Positions 9,863 to 19,981 of a stretch of 64,000 bases of DNA are shown piece after piece. A program made the position numbers and the translations under genes. The stretch's first letter is position 1. Each line of letters opens with the position of its first letter. The DNA is from Patescibacteria group bacterium (GTDB lineage: Bacteria > Patescibacteriota > Microgenomatia > UBA1400 > PJMF01): contig BOKR01000001.1 in the NCBI GenBank assembly GCA_016861085.1, forward strand, positions 991,298 to 1,055,297. The letters are read 5' to 3'. The notes under the pieces were generated by a model. The model did no database searches, was not told the origin of the DNA, and was given only the letters and a program-made list of their open reading frames with translations.

Positions 9863-11788
9863 TTACATTTTAGCCAAAGAGAGCAGTTGTCTACAGTGAC
9901 TTTTCCAGTCAGTGTACTTTTGCTTTTTTGCTTCTTCCCCCATGGTTAATCTTACATTTTCGTCTGAGAGTAACCTTGCAATGGTATCTGCCCAAATTTT
10001 TGAATCTCCTTGCTGTTCAACCCCAAGGTTCAAACCAGTTTCATTATTTCTAATTGTATCTACACTCCCGATATGATCAGAAACTATTGCTGGTAAACCA
10101 AATAGTTGTGCCTCAATGGTAGTAAGACCTAACGTCTCAGAACTCGAGGGTGAAACAAATAAATCTGCAACTTTATATAGGTTTGCCAATCTAAGCCCAT
10201 GTTGATTGCCAACAAAGATTGTTTTACTTCTATCAAATAAACTTTTGATCCTATTCAACTCTTTTTCGTTTTCGTTACTCCCAACTATTAGTAGTTTATA
10301 TGTAACTTCTTTTTTATTTAGGAGGTTACAAACTCTAGCCAAAAAATCAAGATTTTTAACTCTAGACACCTTACCTACATAAATGATTATTTTTTCACCA
10401 TTGGGTGCAATTAGTTCTCTTAACTCATTTGATCTTTCGCACTTAAGGTTTTCTCGCGACATGTTGGCGGTCTTACCAATTGATACTACTTTTTTAACTC
10501 CACGTTTTTCTAATCTATCTTTATATGATTCAGATGGTGTAACAATTGCCTCTACAAATCGTGAGATACCCTTTTTAACCTTCAACCCATATCTCTCAAA
10601 CATTTTTTGAGCAAGTATTCCAATCTTTCCTGGGAACTCGTATCTAAGGTACTTGCCAATTCTTGTTTCGTCCGTAGATACAATAGGTATACCTTTTAAT
10701 TTCAGGTTTGGGAGAACTTGTAAACCTAGAATGGCAGGATTAAATACAAAAGCCGCAGAAAAATTCCTACTAGAAATAAGATTAGAAATGACTCTCGTGC
10801 CAATTGTAACCTCTCTATCTCCTCCTGGTGTTCTTCTACCACCAATTACGACAATTTCGCCAAACTCTTCGTCTTTATACACTTTATCTTCTTTACCAGT
10901 AGTAAGAAGTACTGGGTTGAAACCATTTATTTTTAAGTATCGCAAGTAGTTTTTCACAGAAAAAGCAACTCCGTGTATGCCACCAAAAGACTCTGTTACA
11001 ACTAAAATGTTTCTCCCACTACCAAAAGGCTCACTCTCCTTTAGTTCAAAATTTGATGGTCCAATATCATTAACCGGGAAAGTTTTTAATAAATTAATAA
11101 CTTCTTGTTCATTTTGAGTAGTCTGTATTACCTCTTTTTTCTTTTTATCTTTGAGTAAAAAATGAGCAAAAAGTTTAAATGAGATATTCTGTAATTCAGC
11201 TCTTAACTGGTAGGGGAATCCAGAAAATTTTCTGTTTACATGTGGGTCAATAAATGCCGCCTTATTATTAGAAGTAACTGCTACATTTTCTGAAGAAAAT
11301 GGAAATAAATTATTTATTGATGGTATTCTTATGGAACCTATTCTTATACCACTTGCTCCTATTAAATCCGGCATTTTACCAAAAAGAGCATAATACTCGC
11401 AGACACTTAAAAGTAAATCCCCCAGACTTTCCCTAAGTTCCCGAGAATTCAGAATATCTTTGTATCCTCTTCTCTTCAGCTCTCCACCTTCAGCCCAATC
11501 TTGAAGAGCATACAATGTTGGCTTACCAGTTTCAGGATGATTAGCAATAAAAAGAGATGTCACCGGAATCGCTTCACTACCCAGTGAATGAAATTCTTGA
11601 ATATCCACCAAGATTTCTCTTCCCAATCTTTCCAGCTTATCTCTACCATCAGGGTTGTATTCCTTTACAGCAAATCTACGTTCACCTAACAGTGCCTTTC
11701 TTACAGTTGCCTCTCGTCCAGATCCACCACCACTCACCAGTTCTAGTTTATTTAGTGCAGCTGGTAAGGCTTGTTCATTCTTATTCAT
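9863..11788 (-). CDS. GT4 glycosyltransferase fused to an N-terminal protein-kinase-like domain
   Basis: C-half: YVGKVSRVKN, FVSPSSSETLGLTTIEA. N-half: GGGSGRE, FAVKEY, QDWAEGGEL, PDL...ENV...FIDP. Confidence 0.8.
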   Translation of the reverse strand: MNKNEQALPAALNKLELVSGGGSGREATVRKALLGERRFAVKEYNPDGRDKLERLGREILVDIQEFHSLGSEAIPVTSLFIANHPETGKPTLYALQDWAEGGELKRRGYKDILNSRELRESLGDLLLSVCEYYALFGKMPDLIGASGIRIGSIRIPSINNLFPFSSENVAVTSNNKAAFIDPHVNRKFSGFPYQLRAELQNISFKLFAHFLLKDKKKKEVIQTTQNEQEVINLLKTFPVNDIGPSNFELKESEPFGSGRNILVVTESFGGIHGVAFSVKNYLRYLKINGFNPVLLTTGKEDKVYKDEEFGEIVVIGGRRTPGGDREVTIGTRVISNLISSRNFSAAFVFNPAILGLQVLPNLKLKGIPIVSTDETRIGKYLRYEFPGKIGILAQKMFERYGLKVKKGISRFVEAIVTPSESYKDRLEKRGVKKVVSIGKTANMSRENLKCERSNELRELIAPNGEKIIIYVGKVSRVKNLDFLARVCNLLNKKEVTYKLLIVGSNENEKELNRIKSLFDRSKTIFVGNQHGLRLANLYKVADLFVSPSSSETLGLTTIEAQLFGLPAIVSDHIGSVDTIRNNETGLNLGVEQQGDSKIWADTIARLLSDENVRLTMGEEAKKQKYTDWKSHCRQLLSLAKM

Positions 11789-11790
11789 CT

Positions 11791-12504
11791 CTAATTGGTA
11801 TCCAGCGAATTAAAAAACCATCTACTGAACTTTCGCAATGACATATTTTTAGGAGCAGGAATGTTTCCCCTGATTTTATGAAGAATAATTTGAACTGGAT
11901 ATTTTATCGCCCTTATTCTTCTATATTGATAAAAAGGGCTGAATAACTCATTATATTCAGCATTTGGGATACCTTTATACTTAGACTCCGTAGATTCATA
12001 TAGTCTTTTTTTTCCTCTATCTCTACTACGATTGGCAAATCCAATAGTACCAAATAAGTGTGCATGAACCTGAGGATCAAAAAAAGGAAGCATTTCACCA
12101 TCAACACTTAGAAAAACGGGATCAAAAAGTTCTTTGTTTACAGCCACTTTTATGTCCTTGTAACATAGAAAAAAATTGTCATTAATTTTTTTAATAATCT
12201 GATTTCCAGACAATCCTAGCGGTATTGGATGAGCTATTCTTTCTAACTCACTCACAACGTTCGATGAAATATTTTCAGCTGGAATATATATATCTAGGTC
12301 TCTCCACTGTTTTTTATCTTGCTTATACCCATCTGATAAAAAACCTGGCTTGATTGCTTCAGCATGTAAACTACCTCTGAAGATTATAGAAATACCATTG
12401 GCTTGACAGTATTGGTAAAGCTCAATAGCTTTCTTTTTCCAAAAGTTAAGCCTCTCTTCTGGAGAAAGTTTTTCTGGATCAATTGTCAACAATGTTTCAT
12501 GCAT
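11791..12504 (-). CDS. Putative nucleotidyltransferase-fold protein
   Basis: IFRGSLH followed by RDLDIYI (GS...DxD). Confidence 0.55.
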   Translation of the reverse strand: MHETLLTIDPEKLSPEERLNFWKKKAIELYQYCQANGISIIFRGSLHAEAIKPGFLSDGYKQDKKQWRDLDIYIPAENISSNVVSELERIAHPIPLGLSGNQIIKKINDNFFLCYKDIKVAVNKELFDPVFLSVDGEMLPFFDPQVHAHLFGTIGFANRSRDRGKKRLYESTESKYKGIPNAEYNELFSPFYQYRRIRAIKYPVQIILHKIRGNIPAPKNMSLRKFSRWFFNSLDTN

Positions 12505-12558
12505 GATATGTATTAGACATTATCACTGATACACTGGTAAACAGCAAGGAAACTAAAT

Positions 12559-14376
12559 TTATCTCTTCAACACCGCCATGAACGTATCCTGATTCAGTTC
12601 AACTTTACCAAACTTCTTCATACGCTTCTTACCTTTGGCCTGTTTTGACAACAGCTTTTTGCGTCTGGTAACGTCCCCACCATACAACTTAGCAGTCACA
12701 TCTTTTCGAAATGCTTTGACAGTTTCTCGGGCAACTACAGTACCACCAATGGTTGCTTGAATTGGTAACTCAAACATTTGCCTTGGAATCACATCTTTTA
12801 ATTTGGCAACTACTCTTCGGCCTTCGGCCTCAGCACGCTCGCGAACCGTAATAAAGCTGAGCGGTTCGATTGGTTCCCTATTTAACATAATAGTAATTTT
12901 GACTGCTTCAACAGGGATAAATTCTTTCACTTCATATTCCATAGAAGCATACCCAGAACTGAGTGACTTCAGAGTGTCATGAAAATCAGTTATCAACTCT
13001 GCTAAAGGCACAGTGCAAACAATACTCACGCGGTTACCAACGTGAGTGCTATTTACAAACTCACCTCTCCTATCTCTACAAAGATTGATTATTCCACTCA
13101 TCTGCTCTTGGGGAGCCAGAATTTTCACCAGAGTAATTGGCTCGCGAATTTCTTTAATTAATGAAGGGTCAGGCATTTCTGCGGGAGTCTGTACGATAAT
13201 CTCATCACCATTTTGCATCGTTACTTCATAGGTTACAGATGGAACAGTGGCGATTAATTCGAGATTAAACTCTCGCTGGAGTCGCTCAATCACAATCTCC
13301 GCATGCAGTATTCCCAAAAATCCGATACGTAGTCCTGAACCTAAAGCTTGCGAATGGGTTCCCGAAAATTTAAGCGCTGCATCACGAAGTGAAAGCTTAT
13401 CCATCGCATCCTGCAAAAAGGTAAACTCAGCAGGGTCAGTTGGATACACTTCCATAAACACCATTGGCATCGGTTCTTTATATCCTGGCAATGGAATTAC
13501 TTTTTCTCGTTTACTAAAAGTTGTCAGTGTGTCACCAATTTTGAGTGTTCTAGTATCTTTCAAACCAGTAGCTACATAGCCAACTTCACCAGCAAGCAAT
13601 TCTGCTCTTGGAACCATTCCTGGAGAAAAAATACCAATCTCAACAGGTTGAAAACTTGCACTAGAATTGGTGAATCCTAGTTTTTCTCGTTTTACTACAC
13701 CGTCAACAACTCTCACCAGAGCAATTGCCCCACGATGGGTGTCAAAATGTGAGGTCACTAAGAGTGCGCGTAAATCGTTGTCAACACTACCAGTAGGAGG
13801 TGGTACTTTTTCAATAATTGTGTCTAGAACTGTCTCAACATTTTGGCCAGTTTTAGCACTCACCATGATGATGTCAGTTTCATCACAATTACACAGCTCC
13901 ATTATTTCTAAAGCGACGCGTTCTGGTTCTGCAGAAGGCAAATCAATTTTATTCATAACAGGGATAACGACCAGTCCCAGTGCTTTAGCCTGTTCAAAAT
14001 TTGACAAGGTTTGAGCCTGAATTCCCTGGGTTGCATCTACAACCAATAAAACCCCTTCACAGGCGGCAAGTGATCTACTCACTTCATACCCAAAGTCAAC
14101 ATGACCTGGAGTATCAATTAAATTAAGAATGTATTTCTGATTTGCGTGCTTGCTACTTACGTACTCCATGCGAGCTGGAGCCAACTTAATAGTAATTCCC
14201 CGTTCTTGTTCGATAGGATTACTATCCATAATTCTCTCTGTAAGATTTAAATCATCAACAGTGTGGGTTAGACGCAAAAAAGCATCGGTTAGTGTTGTTT
14301 TACCGTGATCTATATGCGCAATAATCGAGAAATTGCGAATTGAAGAATTAAAATCCTTACCAATAGGAGAGCTCAT
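12559..14376 (-). CDS. lepA: Elongation factor 4 LepA
   Basis: IRNFSIIAHIDHGKTTL, DTPGHVDF, NKID, KLYGGDVTRRKKLL. Confidence 0.98.
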   Translation of the reverse strand: MSSPIGKDFNSSIRNFSIIAHIDHGKTTLTDAFLRLTHTVDDLNLTERIMDSNPIEQERGITIKLAPARMEYVSSKHANQKYILNLIDTPGHVDFGYEVSRSLAACEGVLLVVDATQGIQAQTLSNFEQAKALGLVVIPVMNKIDLPSAEPERVALEIMELCNCDETDIIMVSAKTGQNVETVLDTIIEKVPPPTGSVDNDLRALLVTSHFDTHRGAIALVRVVDGVVKREKLGFTNSSASFQPVEIGIFSPGMVPRAELLAGEVGYVATGLKDTRTLKIGDTLTTFSKREKVIPLPGYKEPMPMVFMEVYPTDPAEFTFLQDAMDKLSLRDAALKFSGTHSQALGSGLRIGFLGILHAEIVIERLQREFNLELIATVPSVTYEVTMQNGDEIIVQTPAEMPDPSLIKEIREPITLVKILAPQEQMSGIINLCRDRRGEFVNSTHVGNRVSIVCTVPLAELITDFHDTLKSLSSGYASMEYEVKEFIPVEAVKITIMLNREPIEPLSFITVRERAEAEGRRVVAKLKDVIPRQMFELPIQATIGGTVVARETVKAFRKDVTAKLYGGDVTRRKKLLSKQAKGKKRMKKFGKVELNQDTFMAVLKR

Positions 14377-14392
14377 CAAGAAACCCCCTTAC

Positions 14393-14761
14393 TTATTTTT
14401 TAGCAGTTTTTTTGGCTGCTGACCGCTTTGGAGCTGCTTTTTTAACTGTTTTTGATGCGGTCGACTTTGTAGCAGCCTTTTTGGTTGCAGTTGCTTTTTT
14501 AGCTGGAGCAGTTTTCTCAATCTTTTCTGGTTTTGCTAACTTACTTAACTGAGATTTGACTCTAGCAGCCTTATTTTTATGTAAGAGGTGCTTTCGAACT
14601 GCCGTATCAAGAGCTGAGTATGCAGTAGCCAAGTTTGCTGCACTTGGGGTCTTTTTAACTTTATCAACCATTGTCTTCACAATTGACTTGACTCTAGAAT
14701 TAACTTCTGTCTTCTTTTTACTAACTCTTTGAGCTTTTCTAGCATTTGCTAAAATTGGCAT
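14393..14761 (-). CDS. rpsT: 30S ribosomal protein S20 with Lys/Ala-rich C-terminal extension
   Basis: MPILANARKAQR...LLHKNKAARVKSQL; AGAAGGA SD upstream. Confidence 0.93.
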   Translation of the reverse strand: MPILANARKAQRVSKKKTEVNSRVKSIVKTMVDKVKKTPSAANLATAYSALDTAVRKHLLHKNKAARVKSQLSKLAKPEKIEKTAPAKKATATKKAATKSTASKTVKKAAPKRSAAKKTAKK

Positions 14762-14838
14762 AATTTACATTCCTTCTAAACTACTATATTATAGATCAGA
14801 AAAGGAATTATACCAGATTTATTTTAGAATTGGTACTC

Positions 14839-16530
14839 ATGTTTTCATTAGCACGTTTTTCGATAACCAAATTACTGGCAAACAACACAAAGTGGCTGGA
14901 GACCCAGCAAACCAGTATCAACTCTGCAGCTGCCATCATTGCCATGGCGAATGCGTTTTCGATCCTGTTTGGATTTGTCCGAACCAGAATCGTATTGTCT
15001 TATTTCTCTGAAGAGGTGGTTACTGCCTGGACTCTAGCTTTCCAAATTCCAGATCTGTTGTTTCAGTTGTTAATTTTTGGAGCACTCTCAGCAGCTTTTA
15101 TTCCGATCTTTTTATCACTCAAAAAAACACACGATGATGCCACAGCTTTTAAAATGGGTGGAATAGTTTTAAATATTTTGCTGATAGCATTCACTTTAGC
15201 AAGTCTTCTAATTTTCATTTTTGCTGAACCCTTAACTTTGGCTCGTGTTGGCGACAAGCTTTCATTAGAACAACTGCAAATTGTCATTAAACTCACAAGG
15301 GTAATGCTCTTAGCTCAAATTTTCTTTACAGTCTCTAATGTTATGACCGGTGTTTTGCAATCATACAAACAATTTATTGTTCCAAGTCTCGCTCCAATTA
15401 TTTACAACCTTGGAATTATTCTTGGAGTCGTTTTGTTTTCAGGACAATTTGGCATTTACTCTGCAGGGTTGGGTGTAATTCTTGGAGCTTTCATGCATAT
15501 GGTAGTGCAAATTCCGCTCGGGTTTAAATTAGGTTTTAGGCCAACGTTTTCATTGAATATTAAACATCCAGGTGTATTAAAGCTATTTTTACTTTCTCCT
15601 GCCCGATTTTTAACTATCGGTATTTCTGAATTTCAGACCCTGGCTATAGCTTACTTTGCCACTTCTATCGGCCAGCTGAGCTTTTTATATATCTCATATG
15701 CCAACTTTTTATCGACATTCCCAATCAGAATGTTTGGGGTTCCACTCAGTCAGGCAGCGCTCCCATTTCTATCCCAATACTCAAAACAAGAAGAATTGGC
15801 AAAGTTCCGTGATCTTATGTTGCAGTCATTACATCAAATTTCATTTTTGGCTATGCCAACTTCGGTCTTGCTCCTCATTTTGAGAGTCCCAATTGTTCGT
15901 ATCGCTTTTGGTACTGATAACTTCAGTTGGACATCAACGGTTACAACTGGAAAAGTACTCGCAATCCTCGCACTCTCAATTACAGCTCAAGCCATGGTTC
16001 AATTACTTATTAGAGGTTTCCATGCATTAAAAAATACTAATACACCGCTCATTATTTCCGCCATTTTTACAACTTTCTATTTGTCTACCTCTTACTATAT
16101 AGTCAAATTTACTTCGTTTGGGGTTGTGGGACTTGCCGCTGCCAGCGCAGTGAGCTTTGTTCTAGAATTACTGCTCTTTGTCATTATGTTAAACAAAATT
16201 GTTCCAGAATTTATTAGCAAAAAAATGCTTGTCCCACAATTCAAAATGCTTTTATCTAGCTTCTTCATGGCTGTATTTCTATATTTGCCATTTAGAATTT
16301 TCGACGAACTCATCTTTGATACTACAAAAACAGTAGAACTAATTGGGCTAACAATAACTACCGGTACGATTGGTATGCTTGTGTATATTTACTTTGCAGC
16401 TCTTTTTGAAATAAAGGAGCTTGAGTTAATCACCAAAACGCTTGCCAGCTTCTCCAACAAATGGCGTTCAAGTGTGAGTAAGACAGAAGAATTCATGGTT
16501 GAAACCTCTGCTGATAATGAAGGTGTCTGA
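14839..16530 (+). CDS. murJ: Lipid II flippase MurJ (MviN)
   Basis: FGFVR, AFQIPD, GALSAAFIPIF, RGFHALKNTNTP; many TM segments. Confidence 0.92.
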   Translation: MFSLARFSITKLLANNTKWLETQQTSINSAAAIIAMANAFSILFGFVRTRIVLSYFSEEVVTAWTLAFQIPDLLFQLLIFGALSAAFIPIFLSLKKTHDDATAFKMGGIVLNILLIAFTLASLLIFIFAEPLTLARVGDKLSLEQLQIVIKLTRVMLLAQIFFTVSNVMTGVLQSYKQFIVPSLAPIIYNLGIILGVVLFSGQFGIYSAGLGVILGAFMHMVVQIPLGFKLGFRPTFSLNIKHPGVLKLFLLSPARFLTIGISEFQTLAIAYFATSIGQLSFLYISYANFLSTFPIRMFGVPLSQAALPFLSQYSKQEELAKFRDLMLQSLHQISFLAMPTSVLLLILRVPIVRIAFGTDNFSWTSTVTTGKVLAILALSITAQAMVQLLIRGFHALKNTNTPLIISAIFTTFYLSTSYYIVKFTSFGVVGLAAASAVSFVLELLLFVIMLNKIVPEFISKKMLVPQFKMLLSSFFMAVFLYLPFRIFDELIFDTTKTVELIGLTITTGTIGMLVYIYFAALFEIKELELITKTLASFSNKWRSSVSKTEEFMVETSADNEGV

Positions 16531-16573
16531 TGTACTTGGTGTTCTCGCAATTTTTTAGTAGAATGAAATAGAA

Positions 16574-17188
16574 ATGAAAAAAGCTGCCCAGATAAACATC
16601 AATCTTCTCCCTAGGGACCCATTTTTTTCTACAATTTTTGGGCAAGTGTTGCGTTGGGCTTTGTCAGCAGGTAGATATGTTGTGATTTTCACCGAGTTAG
16701 TAGTGATTATGAGTTTCATCGCAAGATTCACACTAGATAGGCAAGTTACAGACCTCAATAGTGCAATTGAGAAAAAACGACAAATTATTCTTTCATATGG
16801 TGATCTAGAAGACAATTTCAGGTCAGTTCAAGAAAAGATTACCCAATACAAACAGACCGAGCAAGAAACGAATATAGTTGATACTTTTGAACACCTGGGC
16901 GCTGTAGTTCCAGAGGGAATTACTTTAACTGAGCTTGCAATCCGTCCTACTTCCGTCACCATTTCTGGAACTACGCTCTCTCAAACAGCTTTTAATTTAT
17001 TGATTAATAACTTACAGCTTTCTTCAGAATTCAAGAATATTACAGTTGGTGAAATTCAGTCAAATGAAAACGATGATGAAGGAATCAGTTTTAATATCAG
17101 AGCTGATACTAAAATTGTCCAAAAAGTAAAAGCAGGAGCAAATTCAGAAGAAAAAGTTGACTTATTAGATAGGACGCAAGGATTATAA
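16574..17188 (+). CDS. PilN-domain type IV pilus assembly protein
   Basis: ININLLP motif, TM, coiled coil, VPEGITLTEL. Confidence 0.85.
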   Translation: MKKAAQININLLPRDPFFSTIFGQVLRWALSAGRYVVIFTELVVIMSFIARFTLDRQVTDLNSAIEKKRQIILSYGDLEDNFRSVQEKITQYKQTEQETNIVDTFEHLGAVVPEGITLTELAIRPTSVTISGTTLSQTAFNLLINNLQLSSEFKNITVGEIQSNENDDEGISFNIRADTKIVQKVKAGANSEEKVDLLDRTQGL

Positions 17189-17190
17189 TT

Positions 17191-17862
17191 ATGCAGGAAG
17201 CAAGTCCAAATCCAAATGTCTCTACTGCCAAAAAACGAAGAGAAATCGCTACCGTTTTAAATCAGTTTTACATGAATCCAGTCGCAAAAGCGTCAACTGA
17301 GTTATTTTTAACTGTTGGATTAGTACTTTTTCTCGGAGCGTTTGCTATTCGACCAACTATCTTAACGATGTCAAATCTGCTGAAAGAAATCGAAACAAAA
17401 AAAGAACTAGATGCCTCACTTACTAAGAAAATTGCAGCACTTCAGACTGCTCAAACACAATATGTGAGCATTGAAAATGAATTAGAAGTACTCAATGAGG
17501 CAATCCCCGAACAACCAGATATTATACTCGGAACAAAATTGATCGAAAAAATGGCTGCCGATAATAGAGTTGTGATAAATAGCTTGAGCATTTCTGATTT
17601 ACCTGAAGACAGTGAATCTACAGTACTATTCACACAAAAATCAAAGCAGTTACTGAATATCTCTATAAGAATCACCGGTGACTACGTTTCTATTAGAGAA
17701 TTCGTAGAAGCACTGAGAAATTCCCGAAAGAGCTTCGTAGTTGAATCTGTTGTTTTTGCATTAGAAGAAGATCGTGGTAATAAAAAATTAGGTGCAAATA
17801 TTACAGTTGGGACGCCATATTTTGGTGTGGCAGACCCTACTGAGCAAACGGCAAAAAAATGA
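17191..17862 (+). CDS. PilO-like type IV pilus assembly protein
   Basis: TM + coiled coil + AIPEQPD, ITGDYVSIREFVEALRNSRK; directly after PilN-like gene. Confidence 0.8.
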   Translation: MQEASPNPNVSTAKKRREIATVLNQFYMNPVAKASTELFLTVGLVLFLGAFAIRPTILTMSNLLKEIETKKELDASLTKKIAALQTAQTQYVSIENELEVLNEAIPEQPDIILGTKLIEKMAADNRVVINSLSISDLPEDSESTVLFTQKSKQLLNISIRITGDYVSIREFVEALRNSRKSFVVESVVFALEEDRGNKKLGANITVGTPYFGVADPTEQTAKK

Positions 17863-18302
17863 CAAAACAAGATACAGTCAAACAAGACATAAAAAAACTG
17901 CAGCAGAACAAACAGTTTCTAACAATAATGATTTTGTTATTTGTAATTTTACTGTTTTGGATCACAATTTCTTTAATAAGTTCTCAGACTACAGAAAAAA
18001 TATCACCTGAGCTACAAAAACTTTCAAAACCTTTAACTCCAGTTATCGACTCTGAGGTGTTAACAAGAATTTCCGAAAAAAGACAATACACTTCAGATGA
18101 ACTCTCGGCATTTACTATTTATAAAGTCTTAGTAAGTAGGGACGGAACCACTGAGCGTGTTGTACCAATTGAGGTAACTGCTGAAGATCTAGAGCCTACT
18201 GAGACACCTCCTTCTACGCCAAGTCCAGGCGGGTCTTTACTCCAGGGAGAGATCGAACCGACTCCTACATCAACCGATGAACCCACAGTTGTTGCCCCAT
18301 AA
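17859..18302 (+). CDS. Single-TM hypothetical protein with Pro/Thr-rich tail (PilP position)
   Basis: ATGA overlap with pilO-like gene; N-terminal TM. Confidence 0.65.
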   Translation: MTKQDTVKQDIKKLQQNKQFLTIMILLFVILLFWITISLISSQTTEKISPELQKLSKPLTPVIDSEVLTRISEKRQYTSDELSAFTIYKVLVSRDGTTERVVPIEVTAEDLEPTETPPSTPSPGGSLLQGEIEPTPTSTDEPTVVAP

Positions 18303-18395
18303 CTTTTGGTTTTTGTTCGCGTTGATTCTTTGGCTTTTTTTCTTTACAGTTAATGATAGGACTCTCCTTAAAGTCCTCTTGTTTTATGTGAAAAT

Positions 18396-19925
18396 ATGAA
18401 AAAGCCTGCGATACCAAAGAAATTACTCGATAAACGCATTCCCACATTACTCGGAATTTTTGTGCTTGTCGTCGCTTTGATTGCTGGAACGTTGTTACTA
18501 GGTGAAGGTCCAGGAGTTTTTGCCCCAAGAGCTACCCCAACAACAACTCCAAAAAAAATTAAAGTCACTAATGTCACTGATAACAGCTTTACTATCTCCT
18601 TTTTGACTGATGATCTAACGCCAGGATTTGTGAAATATGGCACTCAACCAGGGGCATTAAGTTCTCAAGCGAGTGACGATAGGGACCAGCTCAGTGGTAC
18701 AGTTTCCGACTACCGCGTACACCATGTGACTGTTCGAGGATTGCAACCAACTACAACCTACTACTATACCTTGGGAACTGGTGCAGGAACCAATTTTGAT
18801 GATAACGGTAATCCATTCATGATAAAAACAACTGCCCGAAGTGGTGCTCCTGCAGCAGCCAAAACTATTTATGGCAGTGTTAGTACCCAAGCTGGGAGTC
18901 CTGCTGACGGGTCTATCGTGTATGTTGCCTTAGCAAATGCCGGCGAGATGTCCTCATTAGTCAAAGCCTCGGGAAGTTGGGCAGTTCCACTTTCTAATGC
19001 TCGTACAAAAGATGGCAGTGGATACGCACAAATTACCGATGCAGACAGCATTATTTTAACAGTGCAAGGACAACTGCCAACCGATGTTATTACACATACC
19101 ACAATGGTTTCAGAAGCTCAGCCAGTCCCAACATTGACCTTTGGCCAAACAGCCCCACCAACCACAGTTCCTACCTCCCCAACTCCAACGCCAACCCCAG
19201 AAACTACGCCAGAACCAACTGTTGAGCCTACCTCTGAACCATCTACCCCAAGTGCTTCAATTGGTGATGAATTTGCAAGTACACCACTCTCAACCGAAAG
19301 TGCTGTAACAACCCAAGCCAGTGAAAGCGCTACAGCCATTACTGTAGTTGACCTTGAAAAAACTGAACCACAACAAGTAACAACAACTCAACCAGTTATT
19401 GTAGGAAAAGCAGCTCCAAATGTTACCGTTACTCTTGAAGTTCATTCAGACGGAAACATTCAGGAATTCGTTACCGCAGATGCAAATGGGAACTTTACAC
19501 TTGATATTGCTGCCCTCTCTAAAACTTTAGAACCTGGCCCACATACTGCAACCTATTCATATACTGATCCAACAACAGGGGAAGTAGTAACCAAAACAGT
19601 TGACTTCGTTGTAGCTGCACCTCAGCAGTTGGCACAAGCACAACCATTTGGCTCAGGCAATCCGTTCCCGCCACCAACTGCGACACCTACCCCAACTCCT
19701 GCAACCCAATCTGCCGTGGCTACACAGTCAGCAACCGCTACACAGTCAGCACAGGCTACAGAGAGCGGTAGAACAACAATGCCAGCTACAGACAGTGGTG
19801 TGCCTGTTTCAGGCTCTGTAGGAACCACACTTGCTTTAGTTTTTGGGGGCCTTTTCTTCATCATTTCCGGTTTGTGGAGTTTCTGGATTTCGCATCAGCT
19901 TGGAAAAAATGAGGTGGAGTTTTAA
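18396..19925 (+). CDS. Fibronectin type III/Ig-like surface protein with PT-rich linkers and C-terminal PxSG+TM anchor
   Basis: VTNVTDNSFTISF, HHVTVRGLQPTTTYYY, second Ig-like domain (GKAAPNVTVTLEVHS), VPVSG followed by TM. Confidence 0.85.
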   Translation: MKKPAIPKKLLDKRIPTLLGIFVLVVALIAGTLLLGEGPGVFAPRATPTTTPKKIKVTNVTDNSFTISFLTDDLTPGFVKYGTQPGALSSQASDDRDQLSGTVSDYRVHHVTVRGLQPTTTYYYTLGTGAGTNFDDNGNPFMIKTTARSGAPAAAKTIYGSVSTQAGSPADGSIVYVALANAGEMSSLVKASGSWAVPLSNARTKDGSGYAQITDADSIILTVQGQLPTDVITHTTMVSEAQPVPTLTFGQTAPPTTVPTSPTPTPTPETTPEPTVEPTSEPSTPSASIGDEFASTPLSTESAVTTQASESATAITVVDLEKTEPQQVTTTQPVIVGKAAPNVTVTLEVHSDGNIQEFVTADANGNFTLDIAALSKTLEPGPHTATYSYTDPTTGEVVTKTVDFVVAAPQQLAQAQPFGSGNPFPPPTATPTPTPATQSAVATQSATATQSAQATESGRTTMPATDSGVPVSGSVGTTLALVFGGLFFIISGLWSFWISHQLGKNEVEF

Positions 19926-19981
19926 TCTTGAAAACTCACGAATAAAAAATTACAATCAAATAACTTGCCCAAGAAAGAAGT

